A stretch of DNA of 64,000 bases, taken from assembly GCA_964199315.1 (NCBI GenBank), contig OZ116698.1, positions 24,552,001-24,616,000 of the forward strand. The letters run 5' to 3'. Every line of letters starts with the position of its first letter. Position 1 is the stretch's first letter. The notes beneath the pieces were generated by a model. That model searched no databases and was not told the origin of the DNA. It was given only the letters and a program-made list of their open reading frames with translations. The stretch is from Orbicella franksi (Eukaryota). A program made the position numbers and the translations under genes. This document shows positions 48,801 through 61,079 of the stretch, in pieces.

Positions 48801-51349
48801 GTATTCAGTGATTAACGTATTTTTAAGTACCCTTGTACTACATAACAGTGGAGGTTATGAAAGCTATTTTCACTGACATTTTTCTTCCTTTTCCCTGCAG
48901 CCATGCAAAGAAACCTTTCTGAGTTTCATTACTTTATATAGTCTCAGCATAAACATTTCTGTACTGATCGAACACTTCATCCTCTTTTTCGTTTTGCTCG
49001 GTTGATTTTAGTAACCTTGTTTGTGTGTTTCTCAGCCGTTTCTCAGGCTGTATTCCTGACCAGCGACCACATAAATCGTTGGCGTTTTTCAAATATTTTG
49101 AAATGAAGCAAATACACTGGTAGATTTTTGTCGGAGATAGAACGTTCGGTCGAAAGCCCAAAGTGCTTTAAGATATATGGCTTTGAGCGGCACGTACACA
49201 GGATATATTTGAAGGCGATAACCTATCACTGTACCACTATCAGCAAGATATTTGCTTTAAGCTCCCGTACAAAACAATTTGTTGGTGCTTCATGATCGAG
49301 TGATTTCCTGCATCAAAACAGTTCCTTCATTTATTAGACCTGCTTCAACGAGTTCACGTGTGGTTGGCAATCCACACTTCACCGTTTCTTAAACGTCTCA
49401 CGTAGTTTCCTGACTTTCTAGCAAAGCTAAAAACGGAAACTAACAATTTCTTCGTGTTTTGTTCGACCGTTTCAACCGGTCAAAACAACAGCTTTCACAT
49501 TCAAAGTAAACTACGCTTGATTGCTTTTGGTGAGAGCGGAATGTAGACGAAGTAATCCTGTAGATCTTATCCACAGATTGTCATCGAAATAAAATGAGCC
49601 TTAAATATATTTGGTTGCCATTCTTCATTGTTATCAATAATTTAAATTTTTATAATGCCAAGCTTCTTTCACAATTGTGTCCTTGAGTATGATCATTTCT
49701 GCGCGGTTTCCGTTGTTTCATGATCTGTTTGACTCTCGCCAAAATAAAGGTGCCAGAGTGAAACGCATGGCGCATGACCAAGTGCAATCCAAAATTGCAA
49801 ATTACGTCACCGTTACCTGTTCGTGGAACGAAAACATGTAAAATACGACATGTATAAACTGTTATGGCGTTGCTTTTAATCCTCTCAACAAAATTGCTCC
49901 TGGTAGCGAGTTTCGTTCAAACGAACGTGGTAGAATCTGGGAGATGCGCGATTTATTAGGCTTATAGCGTAATCGTTTTCGTTTGAAACGTGGCTGAAGC
50001 GAGTTACGCGAAAGGATAATATTACTTGAAATAATACTGCGCTTTCCTAAGGTCAAGAAGATTACACAATCTTCTCACAATATACACACAGACTGTTATC
50101 AGCTTCCAATGTCTAACGAAAAAGTCTGTTGCTTTGACACGTAACTTTTTTTACGTTCAAATACGCTCAATAGAATGCTAATACTAGATTACATAATCTT
50201 TTATTCAATTGTGTGTGGTCATGCTTGCAAGACGTGACAGTAAAATCCGCAAAACAGGAGTATTATAAATAATAGCCAACTTGAGCTCCCCCTTTATTTT
50301 GCTTTCGCAATACTGCTCATAAATAAGCAAATTTGAGAAACTACGTAGATGTGTAGAATCGAGCTGATGACTGACGTTAGCGTCATAAAAACGGAAGATA
50401 ATTTCTCGGGGTTATTTATTGAGTCAACGAAACTATTTTTCTTTCTTATGATCCTGTATCCTATATCATCGACTACCATAAATATAACAAACAATTGAGA
50501 CAGTACAGTGAATTTATATTTAGAAAAATACTGGACACGCGCATGAGGAAACTGTTTGGAATTCGTTTCTGACGTGGCAGAATCCTGAGTAACTACTGTC
50601 ACTAGAAAAATACCTTTTGCATTATCTCACGCAGTCTTCTGATTACACAATGTGTAAGGAGTGATAAAGCCCAACTATTCTTCAGATTATATGCTAAATG
50701 TGTTGAAACACAAAGGAAGCACTTCCTTAATTGTGCAAAAAAACCCGACGAAAAGCTTACAATAAACATGCGAAAAGAATCCCAGACAAAGAACACTTCG
50801 TTCGTCACGTAAATTATCGGTCGAATTTTCGTGAAATTGCTAATGAATAAACGATTATCGAAAATTGCCTAGAGGGTCAACCTCCATTAAACATGCTCTG
50901 TCGTCCAACCGTCATATTCTTCGTTCCCAAACGAAAACACCCCACAAACTAAGCCGAGTTTGTCGGCAACATCAGAGATATCCGGGCGTTTTGCTAATAA
51001 ATACCAAGGCTATTGTGTAACAATCAGATTACAATCTCTACTACAACAATAACCGAATCTCTCAACACCGTGAATGGAATATCAATAAACAAGGACACGA
51101 CCACCGGCCAATAATGTTACGCACGAGCTTTTAGTGCTCATTCACTCGAGAACATCGTTGATCCAAAACCCCATCTGAGAGTCAGGAGTTGGGTTGCGAG
51201 TCACGTTTTTCACTAGCGATTACGTATGCCCCCGTTCTTCCTTCTCGCTACCACTCAACACGTAAATATTCGTCGTCTCAGTTTCCATCTGCGCGGCTGA
51301 AAGCGTTGCTGCCCTCAACTGACCTCCTAAAGCCCTTGCGGTAAGACGC

Positions 51350-51357
51350 TATAAATA
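51350..51357 (+). promoter_or_regulatory. TATA box (TATAAATA) of the CITED-like gene; second TATAAAG at 51381
   Basis: Lies ~120 bp upstream of an ATG in strong Kozak context (aaccATGG). Confidence 0.55.
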
Positions 51358-51470
51358 ACTCTCTTGTCAATTGTGACAAGTATAAAGGGAAGTTCATGAA
51401 CACAATACCGTTGTAGCCTCTGAGGAAAGCAACACACCAGCAAGAGACGCACAAGATAAACACAGAAACC

Positions 51471-51854
51471 ATGGCTTTGGTACTCAATAACATCGCTGTT
51501 ACTACCACGACGCCGTCTTTTACAAGACCTATTCCAAGTCCTGGTCCATTTTCGTTCACGAGTGGAAATCCAGCATACAGGTGCTCGGAAGATAGCATTT
51601 TTACCTACTCAAACGCGTACCCAATCCCGCACTGTGTTCACAGGAATGGAGAAAACGAGGTACAAAGTATGAACTTTTTCAACTCAAGCGACCCGAGATT
51701 TGACTCGGTTATTCTCGATGACGATGCCCTCACGTCTCTCATCCTTGAGATGGAACTGGACAAAATGAATGCGTTACCCGAACTACAAGTAGTCAATGCG
51801 GATTTGACAGACTGTAGCGTGTTACCGTCGAACAAGCCACAGCAAACTTCATGA
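51471..51854 (+). CDS. CITED: CITED-family (CBP/p300-interacting transactivator with ED-rich tail)-like protein, 127 aa, single coding exon
   Basis: The C-terminal DSVILDDDALTSLILEMELDKMNALPEL aligns ungapped to human CITED2 [28 protein letters not shown] (13/28 identical by hand, most others conservative). Low-complexity Pro/Ser/Thr N-terminus; TATA, Kozak and AATAAA (52113) context. No 1:1 paralog assignment is made. Confidence 0.8.
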   Translation: MALVLNNIAVTTTTPSFTRPIPSPGPFSFTSGNPAYRCSEDSIFTYSNAYPIPHCVHRNGENEVQSMNFFNSSDPRFDSVILDDDALTSLILEMELDKMNALPELQVVNADLTDCSVLPSNKPQQTS

Positions 51855-52112
51855 TTTTTAAAATGACACGAGGGTTAAAATTCGCTGAAAAGGACAGCGT
51901 TATTCAGTGTTGGAGGAAAATCACAAAGTTTTGTCTCTTCAGGGAACGAATTTATTCATATCCGTGAATTAACCACAAGAATTTGTCAAGTGAACTGCCT
52001 GGGTGAAGAACTCAGTAACGCTGTTAAATTTGAATGTTAAGTTGGATGGACAGATTGGAATATCCTTAGTGACTTGTCACAATTTTGACAATTTTGTAAA
52101 TATAACATGTAA

Positions 52113-52118
52113 AATAAA
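52113..52118 (+). terminator. Putative polyadenylation signal of the CITED-like gene
   Basis: AATAAA ~260 nt after the stop codon. Confidence 0.5.
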
Positions 52119-55100
52119 TGTAAAAAGCTTCATTGTTTTGACCTTGCATGTCTCCAAGATTTACTTGAGACTCAACTGTCACCACATGGCACATAAAACG
52201 CTAAAAGGAAGGCGAGAACAAGCAAATAAGCTGGAGGTCTGGCTGGTTTAGTCTGGCTGTGTGCGTATCTGCTATTCTAATTATATTTTAGTGCATGTTC
52301 TTTGCTTGGCACTGCGTTCCGAATGACTACGATAAGAAACGTCTAGCATCGTAGCTTGGTAGATCGATATCAACTCAAGCTGTTCTGTGTTCCGGTACGT
52401 CACTCTGTCCTTGAGTAGTAATTTATCCCGTGGACATCAAAGGTCAGTAAACAACTAGGACAAAAGATATCATTCAGTTTCACAATCAAGAGTTTAAATT
52501 TTGAAATTTCTCCCTTGTTTTGGACGAGATTAGTAAATTATGCTCGCACCTGTAGAGTATTCTCAGAATTCCCAAACTTTGTCTATAGCATTTCCGGTGT
52601 AGACTGGCTATTCCGCGTAAAAATAACGCGGGAAACACAAAGGCACTGCCTGTCAAAAAGCATGGTGTCGTGAACGATTTTTTGGCACGTTTTTCGTTCG
52701 TCGTGAGCTGAGGCCTGTTTCCGTAATACAAAGAAAACAGGAATAACTAGACCGCAAGTAAAAAATACAGAAATAAATATCTCACATCACGAAACAGAAA
52801 GGTTCCCTCCGTAGTTTCCCGATTTAGCATTCTAATCGAGAATCCCGCGAATCGAATTACCGCTATCTCGACGAAGCCACTCAACTTACAGTTGGGTTCA
52901 AGAGTTAAATTTTATCAAAAAAATACAAAAAATTCCCAACCGCACTATTTATATAGTTGCCTCCCACAAGTTAACGACAGGAATTTTCTTCGACCTTTCA
53001 ACGGAAGGGTCAAACATATTTTTCAAATTCAACTCATCATGGACGTTTCAACCTTGCTCTCTTTGACTCCACCGGTTCACTAAAAATTTCTCAAGGGTCC
53101 TAGAGGGAGGCTTAACTAATCCATGGAGTCTTTCTCCATCCCCCACTTTTCCTTAGACCAGAATATTCTCGACAGAAACAATGTTTAAGGTTTAGTGAGG
53201 TTTCTGTTTCGCAATCATCGCGGTAGCGGGGAATATTTGAGCGAGAGTTCGAAGCGCATCGTCGAATACTAAAGAGACCCCCCAATTGGAAATATACTGA
53301 GCGCGTGTAATTTGACTACGCAAATGTAAAATTCCTTTTGTTTTGTTTTGGTTTCTTTTGTTTCAGAACTAAAACGCAAAAGTCATAAAAGGGTTACAAT
53401 TAGCTGTCAAGTCGAGCATTTTTTTCGAAACTATTAACCTGTTCTAAGACCTCTGCAAAACTCACGACAGAACTTTTTTAGAATAAAATAAAATGCACAT
53501 TCCCCAGCGTGGGAACGTGAAGATACCGAAAGCTGCTTTATTTTCTCAAGATATCTGTCGAATGTCTAAAGCGTCTACAATAATTTCCTGTGAGGAAATG
53601 GTGAGTCTGAAGAAGCGTATCTAAGCAAATCGAGATCTTTTAATACCAATCCACGTTGATCCTTAGCATTAACAAATAAGGAGTTAACATGTACGCAAAT
53701 GAAAACGAAATTCAAGGAACCTCAAGCCAGATTACAATGTACGCAATGCCGTCACAAGACATCTGCTCTGCCTGAGAAACCACATCAACAATAGGCGGAA
53801 GTTAACACTTATCCCAATAATTAGAAAAGCCACGCCACCATTACAAGAATAAACCAACAGGCAAGTTGGAAAGAACTTCGTGTCCCTGAAACAATTCTAG
53901 AAGTTTTTGTTCGGAAAGGAGTTTATAAGCCCTCGTGGGCTCAGTGATTTACGTCGGGCCATGTTGTTAACAAGGGTATACAGGGGTCATACATGGATAT
54001 TTAGGGTTTACCGGGGTATTCATGATATGGGAATTATTCTAGGATATTTTCAAACTCTTAGGGGAGAACAAAGTTGTTCGAAGTAACAGGAGTTCGAAAT
54101 ATCCTATAGTGAATGACTGAAGGATAAATACAAGCAGGGAATGTTCTTTAGTTCAAAATAACGGGGAATTCGAATTAACCGGGTTCGAACCAGCGGTGTC
54201 CCCGGGGCGGAGTCCAACTGTCTTTGCCTCCTTCCACCTCCCCCCATACCCCGTCCCCCACCAACCCAAACAATCAGAAAGAAATGTTGCTCTTCGACCT
54301 CTTCATGCTGCTATGTTACATGGAAATATGCACAGGCGCCAGAGACAGGCGTTATAACTTCCTGTACTGTTAACGGTGTCGTTAAACGCCTGGATCAGTT
54401 CAAGTGTCCTTTCAGAATCCAGCTGTTTGACCAAATACAGTCATTTATGGGTCGGCGGCATTTCACCTTTTACCAAAATAATGCAATTAAGGAAGCTGTC
54501 ATCAAGTCCGAGGCGTCAGAATTACCACGGGATTACCATTGCAGTGTGCCACGACTGCCACGAAAGAGATATTAATAGTGGTGAACAATCCTGAATGTTT
54601 CCTTACAGTTCACCCTACAGTTACGGAGTATTTAATCATCTTCCCGGAAGATTTTGCGTACCATGCCTATAATAAACATGGTAGGGCGACGATCAAAGAG
54701 AGAAAAATATTTCCCTGCGAAAAGGTTCAATACTCATCGGGATTAAGATGGGGGTGGGGCGCCCAATTATTGAAAGCCAGACCATTTGATTTTTCATACT
54801 CTTTACAGACCTGACATTAAGTATAATATGTAGTTGCGTAAACCTGTTATCGACCCCGAACGCAAAAAGAAATATACAGCGTTCGCCCAGAAAAACTCGC
54901 ACGCGGCAGGCTTGAATCTTTTCTGCTTAAGACCTGAGGGACCTGTGACCAGGGTACATTCGTTTACATTTGATTGCGCCAACGTTAACGGGCTTTAGCA
55001 AATACTGCCTTAAGTTTTTTTAGCATGCATCTCTCTCTTCGTGTCTCTGTATTTCCTTTGAAGTCTAAACTGGAAAACTAGTTGATCAAATTAAAATTTT

Positions 55101-55189
55101 GATGGATTTTATGATCGGACGCGGTCGGTCGATCAGGGCGTGAACACCTGCTGCGATCTAACGGTCAACGGTCACTTTCGAATCACGTA

Positions 55190-55255
55190 TAGCCCGTGAA
55201 CATCGCCCCCCTCCTCGATTTTTTTTGAGGCGAGGGGGCGGATGTACACAGGCCA
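55190..55255. mobile_element. Short degenerate MITE (TAGCC..-type ends)
   Basis: tagcccgtgaacatcgccccc ... gggggcggatgtacacaggcca imperfect TIRs. Confidence 0.55.
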
Positions 55256-55670
55256 GTGACATTACAGCTAAAGCGGAAAGTATTTTTAGAATGTGTAATT
55301 TCAGAAAGACAAAAATGGTAACCAAAACCAAAACCTTCTGCCTGCGATCAGGTTTTTTTTTTGTGGGGGGGGGGGGGGGGGGAGGGCGATCGTTTCTTTC
55401 TTTTCCCTTCCCCCGCTCGCACCCGCCCCTAAAAAAGAACGTATGATCTACCAAAGCTACTTGCAATACTCGGATTAAAGGCAACGTCTTTTGTTGCTAC
55501 AAATGGGGACCGGACTACATGTACCTTGCTCCTCCGTCGAAATTCTCCTCTCTGCCTTGGAAAAGATTGCGGTGTCTGTGTCGTCATGACACCTCAATCT
55601 CTTTGATTTTTTGGATGGTGAGAGGACCGTTAGATAATTAATAACGCCATGACAGTCGTCTAGAGCCCTG

Positions 55671-56141
55671 GGGCCCGTTTCTCGAAAGCCCCGGAAACTG
55701 TTCGAGCCCGTAAAGCTATTTTTGGCTCATCTGTATCTTAAAAATGGAGAAGTGTATACACCTGAAACTTCTTGTATGAAGGGAACCTCCATCATATTAA
55801 GAATATGTAAATAAAACAGCTCTGTAATCATAAGGTTCGAGATTTTGCTACGGGCTTTCCGGGTGCGAAAACTTTTCGGGACCTTCGAGAAACGGGCCCC
55901 AGGGACCAGTTTCTCAAAAGCTCCGGAAACTTTTCGGGCCCGTAAAGCCCGGCCATTTTTAGTCCATCTGTATCCAAAAACGGAAAAGTGTATACGCCTG
56001 AAACTTCTTGTATGAAGGGAACTTCTCTTCATACTAAGAATTTGTAAATAAAACAGTTCTGTAATCGTAAGGTTTGAGATTTTGCTATGGCTTTACGGGC
56101 GGCGACCCGAAAAGCTTCCGGGGCTTTCGCGAAACGGGCCC
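55671..56141. mobile_element. Head-to-tail dimer of a ~230-bp PIF/Harbinger-type MITE
   Basis: Copy 1 (55671-55899) has TIRs GGGCCCGTTTCTCGAA / TTCGAGAAACGGGCCC; copy 2 spans ~55903-56141. Arrangement is CTG-[copy1]-CAG-[copy2]-CAG (3-bp CWG targets); internal blocks such as cctgaaacttcttgtatgaagggaac are shared. Confidence 0.88.
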
Positions 56142-57818
56142 CAGTTTATTGGAGCTACACAAGATATTTTAGGTCATCAATTGTTTCAAAGTGAAGGAAA
56201 TCTGAAAATAAAAGTTTTCCACGGTATTAAAAAGGTAAGAACAAAAATAAATGAAAAACCAGGGTAGAATTATTCTTTTTCACCCAGTGCAGCGACAGAT
56301 ATCTGAACAACCTTACGGCAAAATGATGTTGAAGCCACTGACAAGACAACTCTAAATTGGAGTTCTCGAAGAATGATTTTTGAGGGGAAAAAAAAGGTTT
56401 TGAACCGAGTGGCTCTCTTAATCCAGCGAACATATGGCAGGAGCGCTGACCGTGACAGATGGTAAATTTTGAACCCAGCTTCAAAATTATTGCTGAACTC
56501 AAAGACAACTGAAGCAGTTTTGTACTCATGCAATTTGGACACAAAGACAACAATAGTTCCATAATGTAAAAAAGGTCATTTTGAGTAGTCCAAGCGACAA
56601 AGGATGACTCATTTTGTTTATCTTTTCCAACGCGAGAAACGGCCATTTTTGTGATACCACCTCTCCGCTCAAGGGGACAACTTATCATAACTTAGAAACT
56701 TACGCTTTCTCTCTGATCGTTATGAGTTGTACTCGGCAGATTTCCGATTACGGTCAAAGTCTAAGGACTCTAAGCGTAATTTAATTCAACCTGAGACTCG
56801 CCCAAATAACGGGAAAAAAACATAACATCTTTCATATCATTGACTATGGGCAGTCCGTATCCGTCTTCTCCCGAAGTGCCTTCAGAAAGAAAGGAAAAGA
56901 AATACAAAATAGGTACAAAAACTGAAAATGAACCCACACCCACAAAGCGGTGAGTCGAGTACCCGTGAGCGTTTCCGTCCAGCTGGGGCTCTAAACGGCT
57001 GCTATCGATAGACACACCCGTCCTCCTTCCCACCAAAGAATCAAAGCCGGATAATAGAGATCCAAGTGTCAGACAAACACGATGTGATGCAGAAGCACTG
57101 CAACCCGGAGAGTTGGGAAGGGAAAGGTGCCTCATTGATAACGAGAGTTAGGCAAGCCAGTTAAGGAACCCCCAGTTCCAATTCGCAGAAGAAAAAACCA
57201 TAAACGCTCTTTTTCTGCGGAGTATTGTCTATTGTGTTTTCATATTTCCAACTTGCGTTGCTGCAACTCCACTCAAGCAAAAATTGACACTTTTAGATCA
57301 TGATATCAGTAATGCGGCTCTTTTAGTTCGAGAGTCTTTAATTGTTTCGTATTTTGAAACTCAGTGAATTCTGCAGGTTACTGTCTTTACATCACACGAC
57401 ATTTCCCACCGAATATTCTTCAGATTTTAAAGCCTGCGCTGGCCTCTACTCCACTTAATTGTAGTTTCTGTTTTAGTTACCCTTACTCTAGCTAGTCAGC
57501 AAACAATCACAACCTAAAAAATAAACTAGTATTGTGCCAAGGACTGCAAATAAATTTCCCATGGTCATTTCTTTACCGACAATATCAATATATTGCATGG
57601 GAATGCCGTTGTAAATTGTTGTCGTTGTTGTATCTGAATTATTCCACCTTTGGCAACGAATCAAACTTCTTATTTACCCGAAAAAAAAGACGAAAGGGAG
57701 TGGTGTCTAAAACGTAAAAGGTGGATGAACTGTAGCTAATTCCACTTGGTAGAAACATAAATCTATAAAGAAAGCAGAAACACAGCAGAACAGATGGTGG
57801 CAGAAGAAAAAAAAATAA

Positions 57819-57954
57819 CCTCGGGGCAAAGCGGTTCCCGCGAGGCAAAGCGCGAAACAACAAACTCAAATCACAAAAGGCACCGGGCCGGAATCGATCG
57901 CGGACCAAATTGGTGGGTGGCGAACGCTCTCTCCTCTGCGGCAGCCCCGCTCCC
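57819..57954 (-). mobile_element. tRNA-derived SINE 5' head, degenerate
   Basis: The minus strand reads gggagcggggcTGCCGCAGAGGagagagcgttcgccacccaccaatttggtccgcGATCGATTCcgg..., with degenerate Pol III A and B boxes and no intact cloverleaf. Confidence 0.7.
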
Positions 57955-59942
57955 AAAACACTAAGGTCTGGGTGTCTTCGTAACCGATACAAAGCGCGAG
58001 GAAACACACTTTTCATCGCGACTTTCATCACAACAGTTTGGTTTTCCGACAGTTAAACGAAGTAAATACGTTTAGCATCTCGGAGAAGATTGGTACAAAA
58101 TCAAGGAAACTACCGCGACAAGTGTCCTATCTTGCCGGAAGGCATTGTGAATAAAGGAACGACGAAAGATTATCAGAGCGACTTTGTGGACTATTGGTTT
58201 GCTATTGGTTTGCGACGCCGCACAAAAGAGAATTAAACAACTGCTTCATCCAGAAATATGTTAGTTAACTGAGTATAGAAACGATTGTATGTTTGGTCTA
58301 GGTCGCACACAATTCTACCGGTCATGAAAGTTTCACGCTTCCGGCTCCCAACCACTGAGCAAATGGAGAGTCAGTTCAGTTAACTAACTACAGTTCAAAT
58401 GCTTCTTGTTTTCGCTTACTGTATAAGGTTGATAAAGAACATTTACAATGAACGTGATGGGCGCTGCCGAAAAACGTGGTGCGCACATTTTGTAGCTTCC
58501 ATGCGTCTGGCGGTTTGTAGCTCAATACATGTAGATCAAAATCATCGTGAAATAATGCCAGCGAAAGGCCTCACCCCTCAAAGTGTGCTTTTGCGGCTAG
58601 ACAATATTTTCTTGGCGTTATCCAGCGAGAAAAACCGCAAACTATTACTACGCGTTCTTCTAAGGTCACAGTATGAAGACAGCGGCATTCAAGTTACACG
58701 AGAGAGTTCCAGGTGCCATGAAAACTAAGCACTTCATACTGTTTTGGTTTTACGGCTGTAATTACGTCTGTACTGATAACGGATTACCCAGACATAAATG
58801 ATATCAATGGAGAACATTCGTAAAACTAGTTAGGTATTAACAACACAGGAAGCAATGTGTTGCCGTCAGCCAGAAGAAAATTAACAGTGAGGCGTTTCTG
58901 TTCTCTCCTCTGTGGTTTCCGACACAGACAGAAAAAAACAGGGCCATTGAACATGGGATCAACATCCTTGTCTTGCCAATTAAACGGTTGTTAAGTCCTT
59001 AATATTTATAGATCAAATCGGATGCTGTGAATGTCCCAGAACAAAGCAAAAACGACCGCAGTCACGTACTTCCGAAAGCAAAGAATGGCTGTTATTTTTA
59101 AAAGTTATAAAGCATGAATTTGAAAGAAATTCGTATCATTTCTATTACACATTACAAAAGAAAGAACAATTGGAAAGAAATCGAGGTTTTGTCGGGACCA
59201 AATCCGCGTTACGATAACTGTGAATTTCAAAAATACCTTTGATATCTGCGTTCCTATATTTTGTCGCCGGCTTTTGACAAACCAACGGAAATGCCACACA
59301 ACTTATTCAAGTTGTTTTCAAGTTGTTCAATTGCCACCTCTTCCTTGTACCACATATAATTATTGCCCACTTTCTGACAAGTAACAGTATCCGAACAAAA
59401 AAATTGTGTTCAACTCAAAAGTCATGAGACACCGTTGACCAAAGTATTCCAAAAATGTAAAACATGTTAAATAGCATTAAACAATTTATGGAGCGATGAA
59501 CGGATAACTCAAGAGCATTTGCACGAACGAGAACACTATAAAGCAAACTCCATCCCTTTGGTGATACTGTTTCGTAGCGATCGTAGGTAGGGTCCCTAGG
59601 GATCCGAATTCTACTTTCGAATGACGAGCATCCCTTGAAGTACTCCTTACACGAGGAGGCTCCGCCCGAAAGGGAAATCTTTTTCAGGTTGGGGGTATAC
59701 CAAATTGCAGGAATTTCATAAAGGATAAGGAAATCTGTCATTTGGTCCTTTCACACTATTTCCAACAAACACACCAAAAGACTGAGTCATTCAACCATGC
59801 TAATCAATCCAAGATTGTAGAAAAGGGATAAAGTGGGTCTCCTTTAGGCAGGTAAAAGGGATACCATTTCCAGTGGAACGTATATGGAGGCTTTCATACA
59901 CGAAGGGCTACCTTTTCTGTCAGTAATTACCTATTTATAATA

Positions 59943-60463
59943 TAACAAAAAATCGCTGTTTATAAAAATCCAAAGAATCAAACGTTCCTTGGGTTTGAAC
60001 TCTATTGCATTTCGAAATAATGTTTGTTTGGGACCAAGTGCACGTTAAAAGATCCCTGAGCTTCCCAAAACATGTCATGACAGCATGGTGTAGCTAACAA
60101 CTTGGGCTGGGAAAAAATATATAAATTAAAATTCAGAAATGACAGAACAGTTACGAGACTATCTTTTCAATAAGACAAGTGGTAAAGTAAACATGAACTG
60201 TGAATTCCACCTTTTGCTACTAACACGATCTACACTACTGCGGAACAGAGGCCACAGTTATACTCTTCCCGCAATACGAACGGTACGTTTCAAACGATGT
60301 CTCATGAATAGATGGCTTTTTAACGGTATGCCCTTCGCCAATTTTACATAATTTGAATATTTGTAGGTTAATGCCGTATCTCCACTGTTTGTGGACTTAT
60401 TTATATTTTTGTAACAAGGAACGTTTGATTCTTTGGATTTTTATAAACAGCGATTTTTTGTTA
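59943..60463. repeat. Perfect 49-bp inverted repeat pair bracketing a CR1/L2-like fragment
   Basis: 59943-59991 is the exact reverse complement of 60415-60463. Confidence 0.93.
60139..60414 (+). mobile_element. Degenerate CR1/L2-type LINE 3' fragment
   Basis: LRNRGHSYTLPAIRTVRFKRCLMNRWLFN parallels LR*RGHDFILAKVKTERFKRAFVNRCLF at 36.8 kb. Confidence 0.65.
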
Positions 60464-61079
60464 CCATGCAAGGATGTACATGTACAGCTCATGATTTCGA
60501 TATAGAGAGTCGTCATCTCATTTATACATGCTTATTCACGTATAACAACAAACGTCGGAGAGCAGAGCCCCCTTAACTCAATGACAAAATATCGAGTTCT
60601 ATTTCACACGTGATCAATCAAATATGTTTTTATTGCTGCTGCCGTTGTTGTTGCTTCGTTGATGTTGCTTTAGTGTCAACGAATTGCGTATCGAAAATGT
60701 CTGAAACGACTCAGTTTCATTGAAGTAATACTTAAACGTGGTAAATATGAATATCTAAATGCTGGGATGTACAATCATGCCAATGACATAACAAATCGTG
60801 CCATCATTTTTATAGTTCTGCAACAAGTCAAGCACACGACCGGTGTGTCCCACGTATAACAACAAAAAGCTTCAAAGATGCAGGGCCTCTTAACTCCATT
60901 CACAAAATGTCCCGCTTATTTGCATACTAATCCAAGTTATTCCAAATAGTCAACACAATAACAGCTTCATATAAGCCAATGCGGAGCTTCCATGAAGTTC
61001 GGCACTTGACCGAGCAGGCCAAGACGCCCGAAATTAAGAAGAGCTTCTTCTCAAATCTGAACCTGGTAACGTGCACCGA

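Noticed and set aside
50364-50392. CTGATGA-C-TGACG-TTAG-CGTCA-TAAAAAC hammerhead-like motif
   Set aside because: The closing pair and catalytic G of GAAA are missing; the same applies to the motif at 41387.
51790-51812. VVNA after LPEL as an FIH-hydroxylated Asn like HIF N803
   Set aside because: The spacing and the -2 acidic and -8 Leu residues of the FIH motif do not match.
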